64,000 bases of DNA from an uncultured Gemmatimonadales bacterium (GCA_963779755.1 CAVZZO010000001.1:480001-544000), one strand, 5' to 3'. Shown: positions 9,446 to 19,942, numbered from the stretch's first letter. A program made the numbers and translations. The notes: generated by a model from the sequence alone, not told the origin.

Positions 9446-12055
9446 ATGAGCGACGTCCTGACCAGTCTCCAGTCCGCCCTGGCCGACCGCTATACCATCG
9501 AGCGGCAGTTGGGCGAGGGCGGGATGGCGACGGTCTATCTGGCCGAAGACCTGAAGCACGGACGGAAGGTGGCCATCAAGGTGCTGCGCCCCGAGCTGGC
9601 GGCGGTGATCGGGGCGGAGCGGTTCGTGCGGGAGATCCGCACCATCGCGGCGCTGCAGCATCCGCACATCCTGGGGCTGATTGACTCGGGTGAGGTCACC
9701 GGGACGGCCTACTACGTCATGCCCTACGTCGAGGGCGAGTCGCTGCGCGACCGGCTCAACCGGGAGAAGCAGTTGCCGGTGGCCGACGCGGTGCGGATCG
9801 CGACGGAAGTGGCGGGAGCGCTGGACTACGCCCACCGGCACGGGATCATCCACCGCGACATCAAGCCGGAGAACATCCTGCTGCACGACGGCTCGGCGCT
9901 GGTGGCGGATTTCGGGATCGCGCTGGCGGTGAGCAGCGCCGGCGGGACCCGGATGACCGAGACGGGGATGAGCCTGGGGACGCCCTTCTACATGAGCCCG
10001 GAACAGGCCATGGGCGAGCGGGAGATCACGGCGCGGAGCGACGTGTACGCGCTGGGGGCGATGACCTACGAGATGCTGGTGGGGGACCCGCCGTTCACCG
10101 GAAGCACGGCGCAGGCGATCGTGGCCAAGGTGGTGACGGAGACGCCGCGGCCCATGCTGCCGCAGCGGCATACGATTCCGCCGCAGGTGGAGGCGGCGGT
10201 GCTCACGGCGCTGGAGAAGCTCCCGGCCGACCGCTTTGCCAGCGCGGCGGAGTTCGCGACCGCGCTGAGCGACACGACGGCACCGGTGGTGACCCGGCCG
10301 GGCGCCGCGACCACGACGCGACCGGTCCCTGCTCGGGCTCTCCGCCCACTCCCCTGGCTCGTTGCCGGCCTTGCCCTGGCAATTGCGCTGGCATCCTGGA
10401 TCCTGCGCCCGCGCGAGACCGGGGCGCCGGTCCTCCAGGTCGAGCTGGAACCGCCCCGGGGTGTGGAATTCGCGGAGTTCCGCTTTGCCGCCCTCTCCCC
10501 GGACGGTGAACGGCTAGCCTTCATCGGCCTGGGTGCGGCCGGCGAGCGGAAGCTCTGGGTTCGCAATCTGAGGTCCGGACAGGTGGATTCCCTCTCCGGC
10601 ACTGCCGGCGCGGAGGCACCGTTCTGGGCACCGGACGGCCGGGCGGTCGGATTTTTCGCCCGTGGATCGCTCATGCGGTTCGACCTCGGCGGCGGCGTGT
10701 CACGCACCCTGTGTCCGGTAGCCGACCTGGGAGGCTCCTGGAGCAGTCGCGGTACCATCATCTTTACCCGCTCGGGTCATCCCATGGTTGTGCCCGCCGA
10801 CGGTGGCGAGTGCACGGTCGTGGCCGGCGCATGGCGGGACGCCTCCCGGACCCTCTCCTGGCCGGCCTGGTTTCCCGACGGACGGCGGTTCGCGGGCAAC
10901 GACTCGGCGGGTCTGGTATGGAGTGATATCAACGGTGTCGCCCCGCGCGCCCTCCTTCCGGGGGCACATTTCGTCCAACTGCTCTCTCCGGGGGTTGCCG
11001 TATACAGCCGTCAGGGCCGCTCGGGGGCTGATATCGTCGCGCAGCGCCTAGACCTGAAACACGCAGTTCCGCAAGGGGAAAGGGTCACCCTGGCGAGAGG
11101 AATCCGGGCCGCGGGCCTGGTCCCGTCCTATACGGTGGCCCGGAACGGGCTGGTCTACCTCCAGACGGCACAGCTGGATGAGGGGCCGCTGATCGTCGAT
11201 GAGAAGGGTGCCATTCGAGACAGTATTTCTCTGCAGGGCACCTGGACCCTGCGGGCGGCGTGGAGAAGACCCGCGGTTGCGCTCGCCGGTTACGGCCTCT
11301 GGGTTTACGACCTCCAGCGGCGTACGACTGTCCCGGTGCGCCCAACGGGAGTGTTCATGTTCCCGGTGTGGAGTCCAGGCGATTCCCTGCTTGCCGCACT
11401 GGACGGCAGGACCGGGAAAACCATCCTGATAAACCTTCAGAATGGGGCGGATAGCACGATCGTTGACCAAACCGGCAGGGGGAACAGTTTCACACCCACC
11501 GATTGGACGTCCGACGGCAGGTATCTCATCCTGGTAGGGGAGACGCCGAACAACGAACGGCATGGCGCCCTCTGGACTCTGAGCACCGCAACGGGCAAGC
11601 TGGAACCGCTGGTGTCCGTGAGCGGAACCGCATCGGCGGGCGCTGTGTCCCCGGACGGGAAGTGGTTGGCCTACGTCTCTGACGAGACCGGCGAGCTGGA
11701 GGTTTACCTGCGCCCGTTCCGGCAGGGCGGGGCCGTCACCAGAGTCTCGCTGGCGGGAGGAGGGTTGCCTCGCTGGCGCCGCGACGGGCACGCCTTGTTC
11801 TTTGAGGGGCCGGATGGTTCGATCATGCAGGTGCCGGTGAGGGCCGATCCCGGCCTTCAGGTGGGAAGCCCGCAGGCGCTCTTCCGCTCGCCGCGCTGGA
11901 GTGCCCGCCTCTTCGCGGACCAATTCGGTGGCGTTCAGGCCACCACCACCTATGATGTGGGCGCGGACGGCCACGAGTTCCTGGTCCGGCAGCGGGTCGA
12001 AGGCAGCCCGTCGGCAACTCTACTGCTCAACTGGCAGCAACTGCTCGGACAGTAG
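9446..12055 (+). CDS. Ser/Thr kinase - TM - beta-propeller
   Basis: GAGGAG RBS; kinase motifs; TM LPWLVAGLALAIALASWIL; PD40-like repeats. Confidence 0.95.
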   Translation: MSDVLTSLQSALADRYTIERQLGEGGMATVYLAEDLKHGRKVAIKVLRPELAAVIGAERFVREIRTIAALQHPHILGLIDSGEVTGTAYYVMPYVEGESLRDRLNREKQLPVADAVRIATEVAGALDYAHRHGIIHRDIKPENILLHDGSALVADFGIALAVSSAGGTRMTETGMSLGTPFYMSPEQAMGEREITARSDVYALGAMTYEMLVGDPPFTGSTAQAIVAKVVTETPRPMLPQRHTIPPQVEAAVLTALEKLPADRFASAAEFATALSDTTAPVVTRPGAATTTRPVPARALRPLPWLVAGLALAIALASWILRPRETGAPVLQVELEPPRGVEFAEFRFAALSPDGERLAFIGLGAAGERKLWVRNLRSGQVDSLSGTAGAEAPFWAPDGRAVGFFARGSLMRFDLGGGVSRTLCPVADLGGSWSSRGTIIFTRSGHPMVVPADGGECTVVAGAWRDASRTLSWPAWFPDGRRFAGNDSAGLVWSDINGVAPRALLPGAHFVQLLSPGVAVYSRQGRSGADIVAQRLDLKHAVPQGERVTLARGIRAAGLVPSYTVARNGLVYLQTAQLDEGPLIVDEKGAIRDSISLQGTWTLRAAWRRPAVALAGYGLWVYDLQRRTTVPVRPTGVFMFPVWSPGDSLLAALDGRTGKTILINLQNGADSTIVDQTGRGNSFTPTDWTSDGRYLILVGETPNNERHGALWTLSTATGKLEPLVSVSGTASAGAVSPDGKWLAYVSDETGELEVYLRPFRQGGAVTRVSLAGGGLPRWRRDGHALFFEGPDGSIMQVPVRADPGLQVGSPQALFRSPRWSARLFADQFGGVQATTTYDVGADGHEFLVRQRVEGSPSATLLLNWQQLLGQ

Positions 12056-12153
12056 TCTCATGAGCCAGAGCGTCAGGCCTCGGACGGCAGGAGCCTCCGG
12101 TCCTGGCGCGGGACAGGAAGAAGCTGACGCAGGCGCAGGGAAACCGGTGATGA

Positions 12154-12204
12154 TACGACCGGCAGAGCGACATCTGGCTGATGGAGCTGTAACGGCCGGG
12201 TGGC
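12154..12204 (+). pseudogene. Orphan copy of the 3' end of the 941-3574 kinase type
   Basis: YDRQSDIWLMEL*; 46 of 51 nt identical to 3491-3541 by manual alignment. Confidence 0.85.
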
Positions 12205-12274
12205 TGATCCATAGAAGAACCCGGGCCCATGCAGCACTCTCCCTGGCTGGAACGGGTCCGCCAGCCCATCTTGG

Positions 12275-12312
12275 ATCCACAGATTTCACAGATTCCCCTG
12301 ATTTCACTGATC
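12275..12312. repeat. Solo arm of the ~9-bp (CACAGATT-type) tandem repeat family
   Basis: atccacagatttcacagattcccctgatttcactgat resembles the arms at 51329 and 61534. Confidence 0.65.
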
Positions 12313-12390
12313 AGGCAGACTGCAGCGCAGCTCCGGCCCGATCCGAGAGGTTGACGGCTGGCGTGTTTCCGCCCTGGTGGCAACCTGGGT

Positions 12391-12430
12391 CTGACCGCCT
12401 GACCGCCTGACCGCCTGACCGCCTGACCGC
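12391..12430 (+). repeat. (CTGACCGC)x5 tandem repeat next to the kinase RBS
   Basis: Five perfect 8-mers followed by CTGAGGAG. Confidence 0.95.
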
Positions 12431-12443
12431 CTGAGGAGACACT

Positions 12444-15119
12444 GTGCCCGACATGCTGACCAGTCTCCGGTCCGCCCTGGCCGACCGCTACCGCATCGAG
12501 CGGGAGCTGGGCGAAGGGGGCATGGCCACCGTCTACCTGGCTGAAGACCTGAAGCACGGCCGCAAGGTGGCCATCAAGGTCCTGCGGCCCGAGCTGGCGG
12601 CGGTGATCGGGGCGGAGCGCTTCGTACGGGAGATCAGGACCATCGCGGCGCTGCAGCACCCGCATATTCTGGGGCTGATCGATTCGGGCGAGATCAACGG
12701 CACCGCGTACTACGTGATGCCGTTCGTGGAGGGGGAGTCGCTGCGGGACCGGCTGAGTCGCGAGAAGCAGCTCCCGGTGACCGAGGCCGTCCGCATCGCC
12801 ACCGAGGTGGCGTCCGCCCTGGACTATGCTCACCGGCACGGCGTCATCCACCGCGACATCAAGCCTGAGAACGTCCTGCTGCACGACGGCTCGGCCCTGG
12901 TAGCCGATTTCGGCATCGCGCTGGCGGTGAGCACCGCGGGCGGCGGCACCCGGATGACCGAGACGGGGATGAGCTTGGGCACGCCCCATTACATGTCTCC
13001 CGAGCAGGCCATGGGCGAGCGGGAGATCACGGCGCGCTCGGACGTGTACGCCCTGGGCGCGATGACCTACGAGATGCTGGTGGGCGATCCGCCGTTCACC
13101 GGCAGCACGGCGCAGGCCATCGTGGCCAAGGTGGTGACGGAAACGCCGCGTCCCATGCTGCCGCAGCGGCATACCATTCCTCCGCACGTCGATGCCGCGG
13201 TCCTGACCGCGCTGGAGAAGCTCCCGGCCGACCGCTACGGCAGCGCGGCGGAGTTCGCGGCCGCCCTGGCGAACCCGGCCACCACCACGATGCATACCCG
13301 TGCGTTTCCGGTGGGCCGGCGGCGGCGCCGGGAGTGGATCGCCGCCGCGGCGATTGTGCTGCTGGCGCTGGCGGCGGGCCTGATGCTCGGCCGGCGCCGG
13401 GCCGTGGCGGGGAGCATCGGTCCCGCTCAGGTGGTGCAGGCCAGCCTGGCGCTGGGTGACAGTACGATCATCCGGGCCATCAGCAATGTGCGGCTGGCGA
13501 TCAGCCCCGACGGCCGGCGCATCGCATTCGTGGGTGGGGCGGGGGGCGAGGACGCGCTCTTCATCCGCGAACTCGACCAGCCCGCGGCCCACATGCTCCC
13601 GGACACGCGGGGTGCCTTCGCGCCATTCTTCTCTCCCGACGGAGCATCCGTCGGGTTCTTCACCGCGGCCGGCGGCCGGACCAACCTGAAGATCATCGCC
13701 ATCAGCGGCGGGGTGACGCGTACCGTGGCCGACTCGGTGGCCCCTTATGGCGGGGCGTCCTGGGGAGATGACGGAAAGATCTACTTCACCGATCTGGGCC
13801 GGGGCCTCTCCCGGATCTCGGACGTGGGTGGTGCGGCGACCAGGATTGCCGGACCGGACTCCTCCAGAGTCATCCAGGAGCTGGACTTTCCCGACGTGCT
13901 TCCCGGCAGCCGGTATGCGGTGGGGATGCTGTGGCGAGGATCTCCGGGTGCCAATCACGTCGGCCTGATCAACCTCGCATCCGGTGTCATCACCGACCTC
14001 GCGGAGGGGTCATACGCCCGCTATGCTGCCCCCGGCTTTCTGGTGATCGGGACATCCGACGGCCGGCTGCTGGCGGCTCCCCTGGACGCTCGCCATGGAA
14101 AGCTGGGGGCGCCTCCGGTTGCCGTCTTATCCCTGGTGCAGGCGGAGGGCGCCAATGGCACGGTGCCATTTGCCGTATCGGCCACCGGTACCCTGGTATA
14201 TCAGCCGGTCGCGGGCGATCGTGCCGGCCTTGTCTGGGTGGACCGGACCGGCGGCCGGACCAAGGTCGATTCGACGCTCACCGGTCTCCTGCCGGTCGCG
14301 GCCCTCTCACCCGACGGCCGCCAGATCGCGGTGAGCCGAAGCGCGGGTGGCGACAATCAGGTCTGGGTGATGCAGCTGGCCACCGGGGCTCTGAGCCGGC
14401 TGTCGTTCGACGTGACCAACGCGGCCCGGCCGGTCTGGACCCCCGACGGCCGCCAGGTGGCCTTTCTGGCCACCCGCGACAGCCGGCACACCGCCTGGAT
14501 CCGCCGGGCCGACGGGAGCGACAACATGCGGCCCGCGTCCCCCGACAGCGTTCCGCTGGATGAGATCGGGTTCGACCCCCAGGGACGCTATACCCTCTAC
14601 CGTACGGAGGGCGGGGGTCCCGGAACCCGGCACCTGCTGGTCAGCAGGAACGGGGTGGATACCGTCCCCCGGATCCTGGTGCAGTCCTCTTTCGATCACT
14701 ATGGCATGCAGATTTCGCCCGACGGCAAGTGGCTGGCATACGTGTCCGAAGAGTCCGGCATTCCCGAGGTGCAGGTCCGTCCTTTCCCCACGGTGGATTC
14801 GGCGCGGTTCGTGGTGTCGGTCGGCGGTGGCTCGGAACCGCTATGGGGTCCCGACGGTACCGAGCTCTTCTTCCGGAGCCAGCGGAGCGACATGATGGTG
14901 GCCCCGGTCACCACCGGCAAGCAGTTCTCGCACGGCACGCCGCGACGGTTCTTCGACGGCACCGGTCTCGCCGTGGACCCGTATCATCGCAGCTATGACA
15001 TAACGGCGGACGGCAAGCGGTTCCTCATGGTCACCTCGGGCGGCGAGGACGCGCCATCGGTGAACGTGATCTTCAACTGGGTCCATGAACTCCAGGCGCT
15101 GAAGGCGGCTTCGCGGTGA
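12444..15119 (+). CDS. Ser/Thr kinase - TM - beta-propeller
   Basis: GAGGAG RBS and GTG start; kinase motifs; TM WIAAAAIVLLALAAGLML; SPDG repeats. Confidence 0.95.
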   Translation: MPDMLTSLRSALADRYRIERELGEGGMATVYLAEDLKHGRKVAIKVLRPELAAVIGAERFVREIRTIAALQHPHILGLIDSGEINGTAYYVMPFVEGESLRDRLSREKQLPVTEAVRIATEVASALDYAHRHGVIHRDIKPENVLLHDGSALVADFGIALAVSTAGGGTRMTETGMSLGTPHYMSPEQAMGEREITARSDVYALGAMTYEMLVGDPPFTGSTAQAIVAKVVTETPRPMLPQRHTIPPHVDAAVLTALEKLPADRYGSAAEFAAALANPATTTMHTRAFPVGRRRRREWIAAAAIVLLALAAGLMLGRRRAVAGSIGPAQVVQASLALGDSTIIRAISNVRLAISPDGRRIAFVGGAGGEDALFIRELDQPAAHMLPDTRGAFAPFFSPDGASVGFFTAAGGRTNLKIIAISGGVTRTVADSVAPYGGASWGDDGKIYFTDLGRGLSRISDVGGAATRIAGPDSSRVIQELDFPDVLPGSRYAVGMLWRGSPGANHVGLINLASGVITDLAEGSYARYAAPGFLVIGTSDGRLLAAPLDARHGKLGAPPVAVLSLVQAEGANGTVPFAVSATGTLVYQPVAGDRAGLVWVDRTGGRTKVDSTLTGLLPVAALSPDGRQIAVSRSAGGDNQVWVMQLATGALSRLSFDVTNAARPVWTPDGRQVAFLATRDSRHTAWIRRADGSDNMRPASPDSVPLDEIGFDPQGRYTLYRTEGGGPGTRHLLVSRNGVDTVPRILVQSSFDHYGMQISPDGKWLAYVSEESGIPEVQVRPFPTVDSARFVVSVGGGSEPLWGPDGTELFFRSQRSDMMVAPVTTGKQFSHGTPRRFFDGTGLAVDPYHRSYDITADGKRFLMVTSGGEDAPSVNVIFNWVHELQALKAASR

Positions 15120-15120
15120 C

Positions 15121-15210
15121 ATCCAGCCCGATGGAGTGCCCGAACTGCTCGTCACCTACCGCTGGAAGAATGCCCTGCGGGCGCAGCTGCGGAGCGTCGG
15201 GAGTAATTGA
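15121..15210 (+). pseudogene. Probable orphan C-terminal tail of a kinase-propeller gene
   Basis: IQPDGVPELLVTYRWKNALRAQLRSVGSN* resembles ETELFVVHDWVSELKARLKS of the next paralogue. Confidence 0.6.
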
Positions 15211-15242
15211 AGAGAAAAGGACTGAGGACTGAGTAGGTTCGC

Positions 15243-15280
15243 ACCGCCGTACCGCCGTACCGCCGTACCGCCGTACCGCC
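15243..15280 (+). repeat. (ACCGCCGT)x4 plus a partial unit, upstream of the kinase RBS
   Basis: Read directly from the sequence. Confidence 0.95.
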
Positions 15281-15298
15281 TGACCCGAGGAGGCCGCA

Positions 15299-17953
15299 GT
15301 GCCCGATGCGCTGAATAACCTGCAGGTTGCCCTGGCCGACCGCTACCGCATCGAGCGGGAGCTGGGCGAAGGGGGCATGGCCACGGTCTACCTGGCCGAG
15401 GATCTGCGCCACGAGCGCCGGGTGGCCATCAAGGTGCTGCGGCCCGAACTGTCGGCCATCATCGGCGCCGAGCGCTTCATCCGGGAGATCAAGACCATCG
15501 CGGCGCTGCAGCATCCGCACATTCTGGGGCTGATCGATTCGGGCGAGATCAGCGGGACCGCCTACTACGTCATGCCCTACGTCGAGGGCGAATCCCTGCG
15601 CGACCGGCTCAACCGGGAAAAGCAGCTGCCGGTCGCGGAGGCGACCCGGATTGCCGCCGAAGTCGCCGGCGCCCTCGACTACGCCCACCGCCACGGCGTC
15701 ATTCACCGCGACATCAAGCCCGAGAACATCCTCCTCCACGACGGCCAGGCGCTGGTCGCGGATTTCGGAATCGCGCTCGCGGTGAGCAGTGCCGGCGGCA
15801 GCACCCGGATGACCGAGACGGGCATGTCGCTCGGGACCCCGACGTACATGTCGCCCGAGCAGGCGATGGGTGAACGGGAGATCGGCCCCGCCAGCGACGT
15901 CTACGCCGTGGGCTGCGTCACCTACGAGATGCTCACCGGCGATCCTCCCTTCACCGGCAGCACCGCCCAAGCGATCGTGGCGCGGGTGGTCACCGAGGCG
16001 CCGCGCTCGCTCACCTCCCAGCGGCGAACGATACCGGCCAACGTCGAAGCGGCGGTCCTCACCGCGCTGCAAAAGCTGCCGGCCGACCGGTTCGACTCCG
16101 CCAAGGCATTCGTCGAGGCACTGCAGGACCCGCACTACGGCGAGGAGCGGACGCGGGGCGCAGCGGCGTCGCGCCATGCCGACCGGCGGATAGCCGCGGG
16201 GCTGGCGCTGGCCCTGGTCGCCGCAGTCGCCTTCGGCCTGGTCCAGTGGCGCTCCGCCCACCGCGCGCGGCCGAGCCAGGTGGTCCGATTTTCGGTTCCC
16301 CTGCCGTCCGCCATCCTCGTGACCAACGCGGCGCTCGGCACCAACATGGCGATCTCCCCCGACGGGCGCACGCTGGCCTACGCCGCCGTCGGCAAGGACG
16401 GCGCGGCACGTCTCTTCATACGCCCGCTGGACGAGGCCACCGCCCACACGATCGCCGGCACCGAGGGCGCGCAGCAGCCGTCCTTCTCTCCCGACGGCCG
16501 GTGGCTGGCCTACCTGGTCGGGACCGTCATCTGGAAGGTCCAGCTCGACGGCGGCTCTCCCGTCGAGATCGGCCCGACCGCAGTGGGACCGGTGGGGCTG
16601 ACCTGGAGCAGCAGCGGGAGTCTGATCGTCGGCACCGCGGCCGGGCTGCTCGCCGTGCCGGCCACCGGTGGGACGCCGCGGATCCTCGTTCGGCCGGATA
16701 CCGCTGCGGGTGAGATCTACTTCAACCAGCCGCGGGCCCTCGCTGACGGCAATACGCTGCTGTTCGGAATCCAGCCCGCCGGAGGCCTGGCCCGCACCAA
16801 GCTCGGCATTCTGTCGCTCACGACCAACACCGTCACGCGGACCGATCTCGGACTGATCGATGCTCTCGGCATGGTGGACGGTGCGCTCGTATACGTGACT
16901 GCCGCGGGGGCGCTCACGGCCATCAGGCTCGATTTGAAGACCGGCCGGACCAGGTCCAACCCGGTGACGCTCGGTGCCAGCGTACTGACGACCATCGCGG
17001 GAGCGAGCGAAGCGGCGCTGTCTCCCGCCGGAACGCTGGTCTATCAGGCGGCCAACGCCGCCGGTGTCGTCGGATGGGTCGGTCCGCAGGACCAGTTCCA
17101 GCCGCTACTCGGTGAGCCGCAGGCATACAGCTACCCGCGGCTCTCACCCGACGGCAGCCGGATCGCCATGACGGTCGGCAGCGGCGGCCGGGCTGACGTC
17201 TGGGTGTACGACATCGCATCGGCCACGCCCACCCGCCTTACCAACTCGGGGGCGCTCAACGACCGTCCCGAGTGGACCCCGGACGGCACACGGGTGCTCT
17301 ACCGCGCCGATCGCGGCAACCGTACCGCCATCTGGTGGCAGCCGGCCGATCTGAGCGGGCCGCCGGAGACGCTGCTGGGAGACGACCGGCACAACTACTA
17401 CGAAGGTGTTATCTCCCCGGACGGCAGGACGCTGGTCTATCAGGTGGATGACGGCGGGACGAATCAGGCGGATGTGATGGCGCGGGCGATCGCCGGCGAC
17501 ACCGCCTCGCGCCCCATCGCCGCCAGTGCGTACGTCGAGGCACAGCCCCGGCTCTCCCCCGACGGCAGATGGATCGCCTATGTGACCGACGCGTCGGGAA
17601 CCTCGGAAGTCGTGGTGCAGCCGTTTCCGGGCCCCGGCCCGCGGGTCCAGGTCTCGGTGGGCGGAGGCTCCGAGCCGGTGTGGGCCCGCGACGGGCGCCG
17701 GATTTTCTATCGTGACGGGCGGCACCTCATGGCGGCCTCGGTCACCACCACGCCGAACTTTGCCGTCACCGGCCGCACGGCGCTCTTCGCGGACGCGTAC
17801 ATGTTCGCCCAGGCGCCGCACGCCAACTACGACGTGTCGCCCGACGGCAGCCGGTTTCTCATGGTGAAGAGCGCCGCGGAGACCGAGCTGTTCGTGGTCC
17901 ATGACTGGGTGAGCGAACTGAAGGCGAGGCTGAAGAGCGCCGACGCCCGATAG
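15299..17953 (+). CDS. Ser/Thr kinase - TM - beta-propeller
   Basis: GAGGAGG RBS and GTG start; kinase motifs; TM IAAGLALALVAAVAFGLV; SPDG repeats. Confidence 0.95.
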   Translation: MPDALNNLQVALADRYRIERELGEGGMATVYLAEDLRHERRVAIKVLRPELSAIIGAERFIREIKTIAALQHPHILGLIDSGEISGTAYYVMPYVEGESLRDRLNREKQLPVAEATRIAAEVAGALDYAHRHGVIHRDIKPENILLHDGQALVADFGIALAVSSAGGSTRMTETGMSLGTPTYMSPEQAMGEREIGPASDVYAVGCVTYEMLTGDPPFTGSTAQAIVARVVTEAPRSLTSQRRTIPANVEAAVLTALQKLPADRFDSAKAFVEALQDPHYGEERTRGAAASRHADRRIAAGLALALVAAVAFGLVQWRSAHRARPSQVVRFSVPLPSAILVTNAALGTNMAISPDGRTLAYAAVGKDGAARLFIRPLDEATAHTIAGTEGAQQPSFSPDGRWLAYLVGTVIWKVQLDGGSPVEIGPTAVGPVGLTWSSSGSLIVGTAAGLLAVPATGGTPRILVRPDTAAGEIYFNQPRALADGNTLLFGIQPAGGLARTKLGILSLTTNTVTRTDLGLIDALGMVDGALVYVTAAGALTAIRLDLKTGRTRSNPVTLGASVLTTIAGASEAALSPAGTLVYQAANAAGVVGWVGPQDQFQPLLGEPQAYSYPRLSPDGSRIAMTVGSGGRADVWVYDIASATPTRLTNSGALNDRPEWTPDGTRVLYRADRGNRTAIWWQPADLSGPPETLLGDDRHNYYEGVISPDGRTLVYQVDDGGTNQADVMARAIAGDTASRPIAASAYVEAQPRLSPDGRWIAYVTDASGTSEVVVQPFPGPGPRVQVSVGGGSEPVWARDGRRIFYRDGRHLMAASVTTTPNFAVTGRTALFADAYMFAQAPHANYDVSPDGSRFLMVKSAAETELFVVHDWVSELKARLKSADAR

Positions 17954-18156
17954 CCCAGCGCCGCCACGCTGATCGACTCTGGCCCCTCGGTCTTGATCTC
18001 CCGGGTTCGGGAACGGTCGCTCTGACCAGGCCCGTCGTCCTTCCGCCAGTCACCCTCGACGAACTTCCCAGGCAGAGGCCCCCCGGCGGGGATTGCAGCC
18101 CAGACGGGTCCCGGCATCGCGAGTGCCGGTGTGCGCACCTGGGCTCCGGAGGGTTG

Positions 18157-18795
18157 TCAGCCGCCGCCCGAGAGCCCGGACAGGATGATGTCGAGCCCAC
18201 AGCGGAACTCCTCCTCGGCGTCACTGGTCGCCGCGGCGTTCGCGATCTCGATCAGGTTCGGGTACCGATCGGCCGGCAGAGCTCGAAAGCGGTCGATGAC
18301 CTCCTGCGGCTGTTCGCCCGCCTGCAGCGAGAGGGGACCGGCGAGCTCGGCCTGAGCCAGCCCGGCAATGAACCCGGAGACGGCGCGGAACGCGATCAGC
18401 AGCCTCTCACCGGAGCGCCCGCTCCGGGCGAGTCCCCGGAGCAATGCCTCACTCAGGTCGGCCATGGCGCGTGACCGGCTTCGCCGGGTGAGGATCAGCG
18501 GGACAACGTGAGGGTGCGCGCGAACCGAACGCCAGATGGCCGTGGCAACCGCACGCACTTCCTCACGCCAATCCTCGTGTGGCTCTGGCGCCCAGCGAGC
18601 CTCGGACATCACCGCATCGATCACCAGAGCGTCGAGCTCGGCCCGGTCCGCGACGTGATTGTAGAGCGTCATGGCACCGGTCCCGAGCGCAGCCGCCAGC
18701 GAACGCATCGATAACCCGGCGAGCCCGTGCTCGTCGACCAGGGCCAGGGCGGCCGTTTGCAGCTGCTCTCTCGAGATCTTCGCTGGTCGTCCCAT
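18157..18795 (-). CDS. TetR-family transcriptional regulator (TetR_C type)
   Basis: MGRPAKIS...GLAGLSMRSLAAALGTGAMTLYNHV HTH; C-terminal YPNL...EEEFRCGLDIILSGL. Confidence 0.92.
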   Translation of the reverse strand: MGRPAKISREQLQTAALALVDEHGLAGLSMRSLAAALGTGAMTLYNHVADRAELDALVIDAVMSEARWAPEPHEDWREEVRAVATAIWRSVRAHPHVVPLILTRRSRSRAMADLSEALLRGLARSGRSGERLLIAFRAVSGFIAGLAQAELAGPLSLQAGEQPQEVIDRFRALPADRYPNLIEIANAAATSDAEEEFRCGLDIILSGLSGGG

Positions 18796-18802
18796 GGTTT
18801 CC

Positions 18803-18848
18803 TTGACACGGGAGGAGGGTATGTTGTACAATAACGTACGGTGTACGT
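18803..18848 (+). promoter_or_regulatory. Sigma70-like promoter plus probable TetR operator
   Basis: TTGACA (18803)-N18-TACAAT (18827), then palindrome ACGTAC-GGT-GTACGT (18834-18848) between divergent genes. Confidence 0.7.
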
Positions 18849-18889
18849 AAATCCCATGATCCGCCCGGCCGGGTGACCTGGAGGCACAG

Positions 18890-19402
18890 ATGGCTGATCA
18901 CATATCCCTCGCGGAACGGTACCGGGCAGCCTACTACGGCGGAGATTTCGAGTCTCTCCGTGGGCTGCTCAGCGACGATTTCACCTTCGCCGGGCCGGCC
19001 GCCAGTTATCGCGGCATCGAAACGTACCTGAAGGCGTCCGATCATGTGGCGCGGATGGTCAAATCGGTGGAATCCGAAAGAGTCTTTGCCGCAGGGAATG
19101 AGGTCTGCGCCATTCTGACGCTCGTGCTCGATCACAAGGTCGAGCGCCTGCAGACGGCGGAGTGGTACCGCTTCGAGGGTGACCGAATCGCCTCGATCCA
19201 GACGATTTTCGACACCGGCCCTTTCGTGCGCAGCTCAGCGGAGGGCGCGCGTACCGCCATCGATCCGGTCTGTCGCATGAGCGTCGACAAGAACGCACCG
19301 GCGGCCACGCGGGCGCACGGCGGCAAAGCCTACTGCTTCTGCAGTGAGGGGTGCGCCATTGCCTTCCAGCAAGATCCCCGCAAGTACATCGCAAACCCAT
19401 GA
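18890..19402 (+). CDS. SnoaL/NTF2-like domain fused to a YHS domain
   Basis: GGAGG RBS; GDFESLRGLLSDDFTF...EWYRFEGDRIASI; DPVCRMSV...YCFCSEGC...FQQDPRKY. Confidence 0.88.
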   Translation: MADHISLAERYRAAYYGGDFESLRGLLSDDFTFAGPAASYRGIETYLKASDHVARMVKSVESERVFAAGNEVCAILTLVLDHKVERLQTAEWYRFEGDRIASIQTIFDTGPFVRSSAEGARTAIDPVCRMSVDKNAPAATRAHGGKAYCFCSEGCAIAFQQDPRKYIANP

Positions 19403-19492
19403 GGATCGCCGTCATCGAGGAAGCCCGTCGCGTGGCCGCAAGGGCGACGCGCGCAGGGCCCCTTCATCACGCCGTCGGGAGGAACCGAAATA

Positions 19493-19921
19493 ATGAATGC
19501 AATCTCCACCGCAGCGCTGTGGCTCGTGCGCGTCTCCGGAGCCGCCCAGGTGACACTCGGCTTGCTGTTCTGGACCCATCGGGCGCTCACGCTCGTGTCG
19601 GTGCACATGATCATCGGGCTCGCCTTCGTGGCGGGGGTCTGGGTGCTGGCGGGAGTGGCCGCGTGGGCCGGCGCCGGGGCGGGGCCCGCGCTGTTCGGCG
19701 CGGTCTGGGGCATCGCCGTTCTCGTGTTGGGGATGACGCAGCGCACCCTTCTCCCCGGCCGCGCGCACTGGCTGATCCAGGTGCTGCACCTCGCGCTGGG
19801 CCTCGGCGCGATGGTGCTGGCGAACTGGCTTGCCGCCCGGACCAGAACGCGACGGAACTCCTCGCTGTCCTCGTATCCCCAACCGGCGGCCTCGAACGAT
19901 GGGTCGCTGACTGCATCCTGA
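19493..19921 (+). CDS. Four-TM membrane protein of unknown function
   Basis: GGAGG RBS; four hydrophobic segments with His residues (VHMIIG, HWLIQVLHL). Confidence 0.75.
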   Translation: MNAISTAALWLVRVSGAAQVTLGLLFWTHRALTLVSVHMIIGLAFVAGVWVLAGVAAWAGAGAGPALFGAVWGIAVLVLGMTQRTLLPGRAHWLIQVLHLALGLGAMVLANWLAARTRTRRNSSLSSYPQPAASNDGSLTAS

Positions 19922-19942
19922 CCCTTTCAACGATATAGAACC

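Noticed and set aside
17954..18156. Possible gene remnant between the kinase and tetR
   Set aside because: No frame gave a recognisable motif
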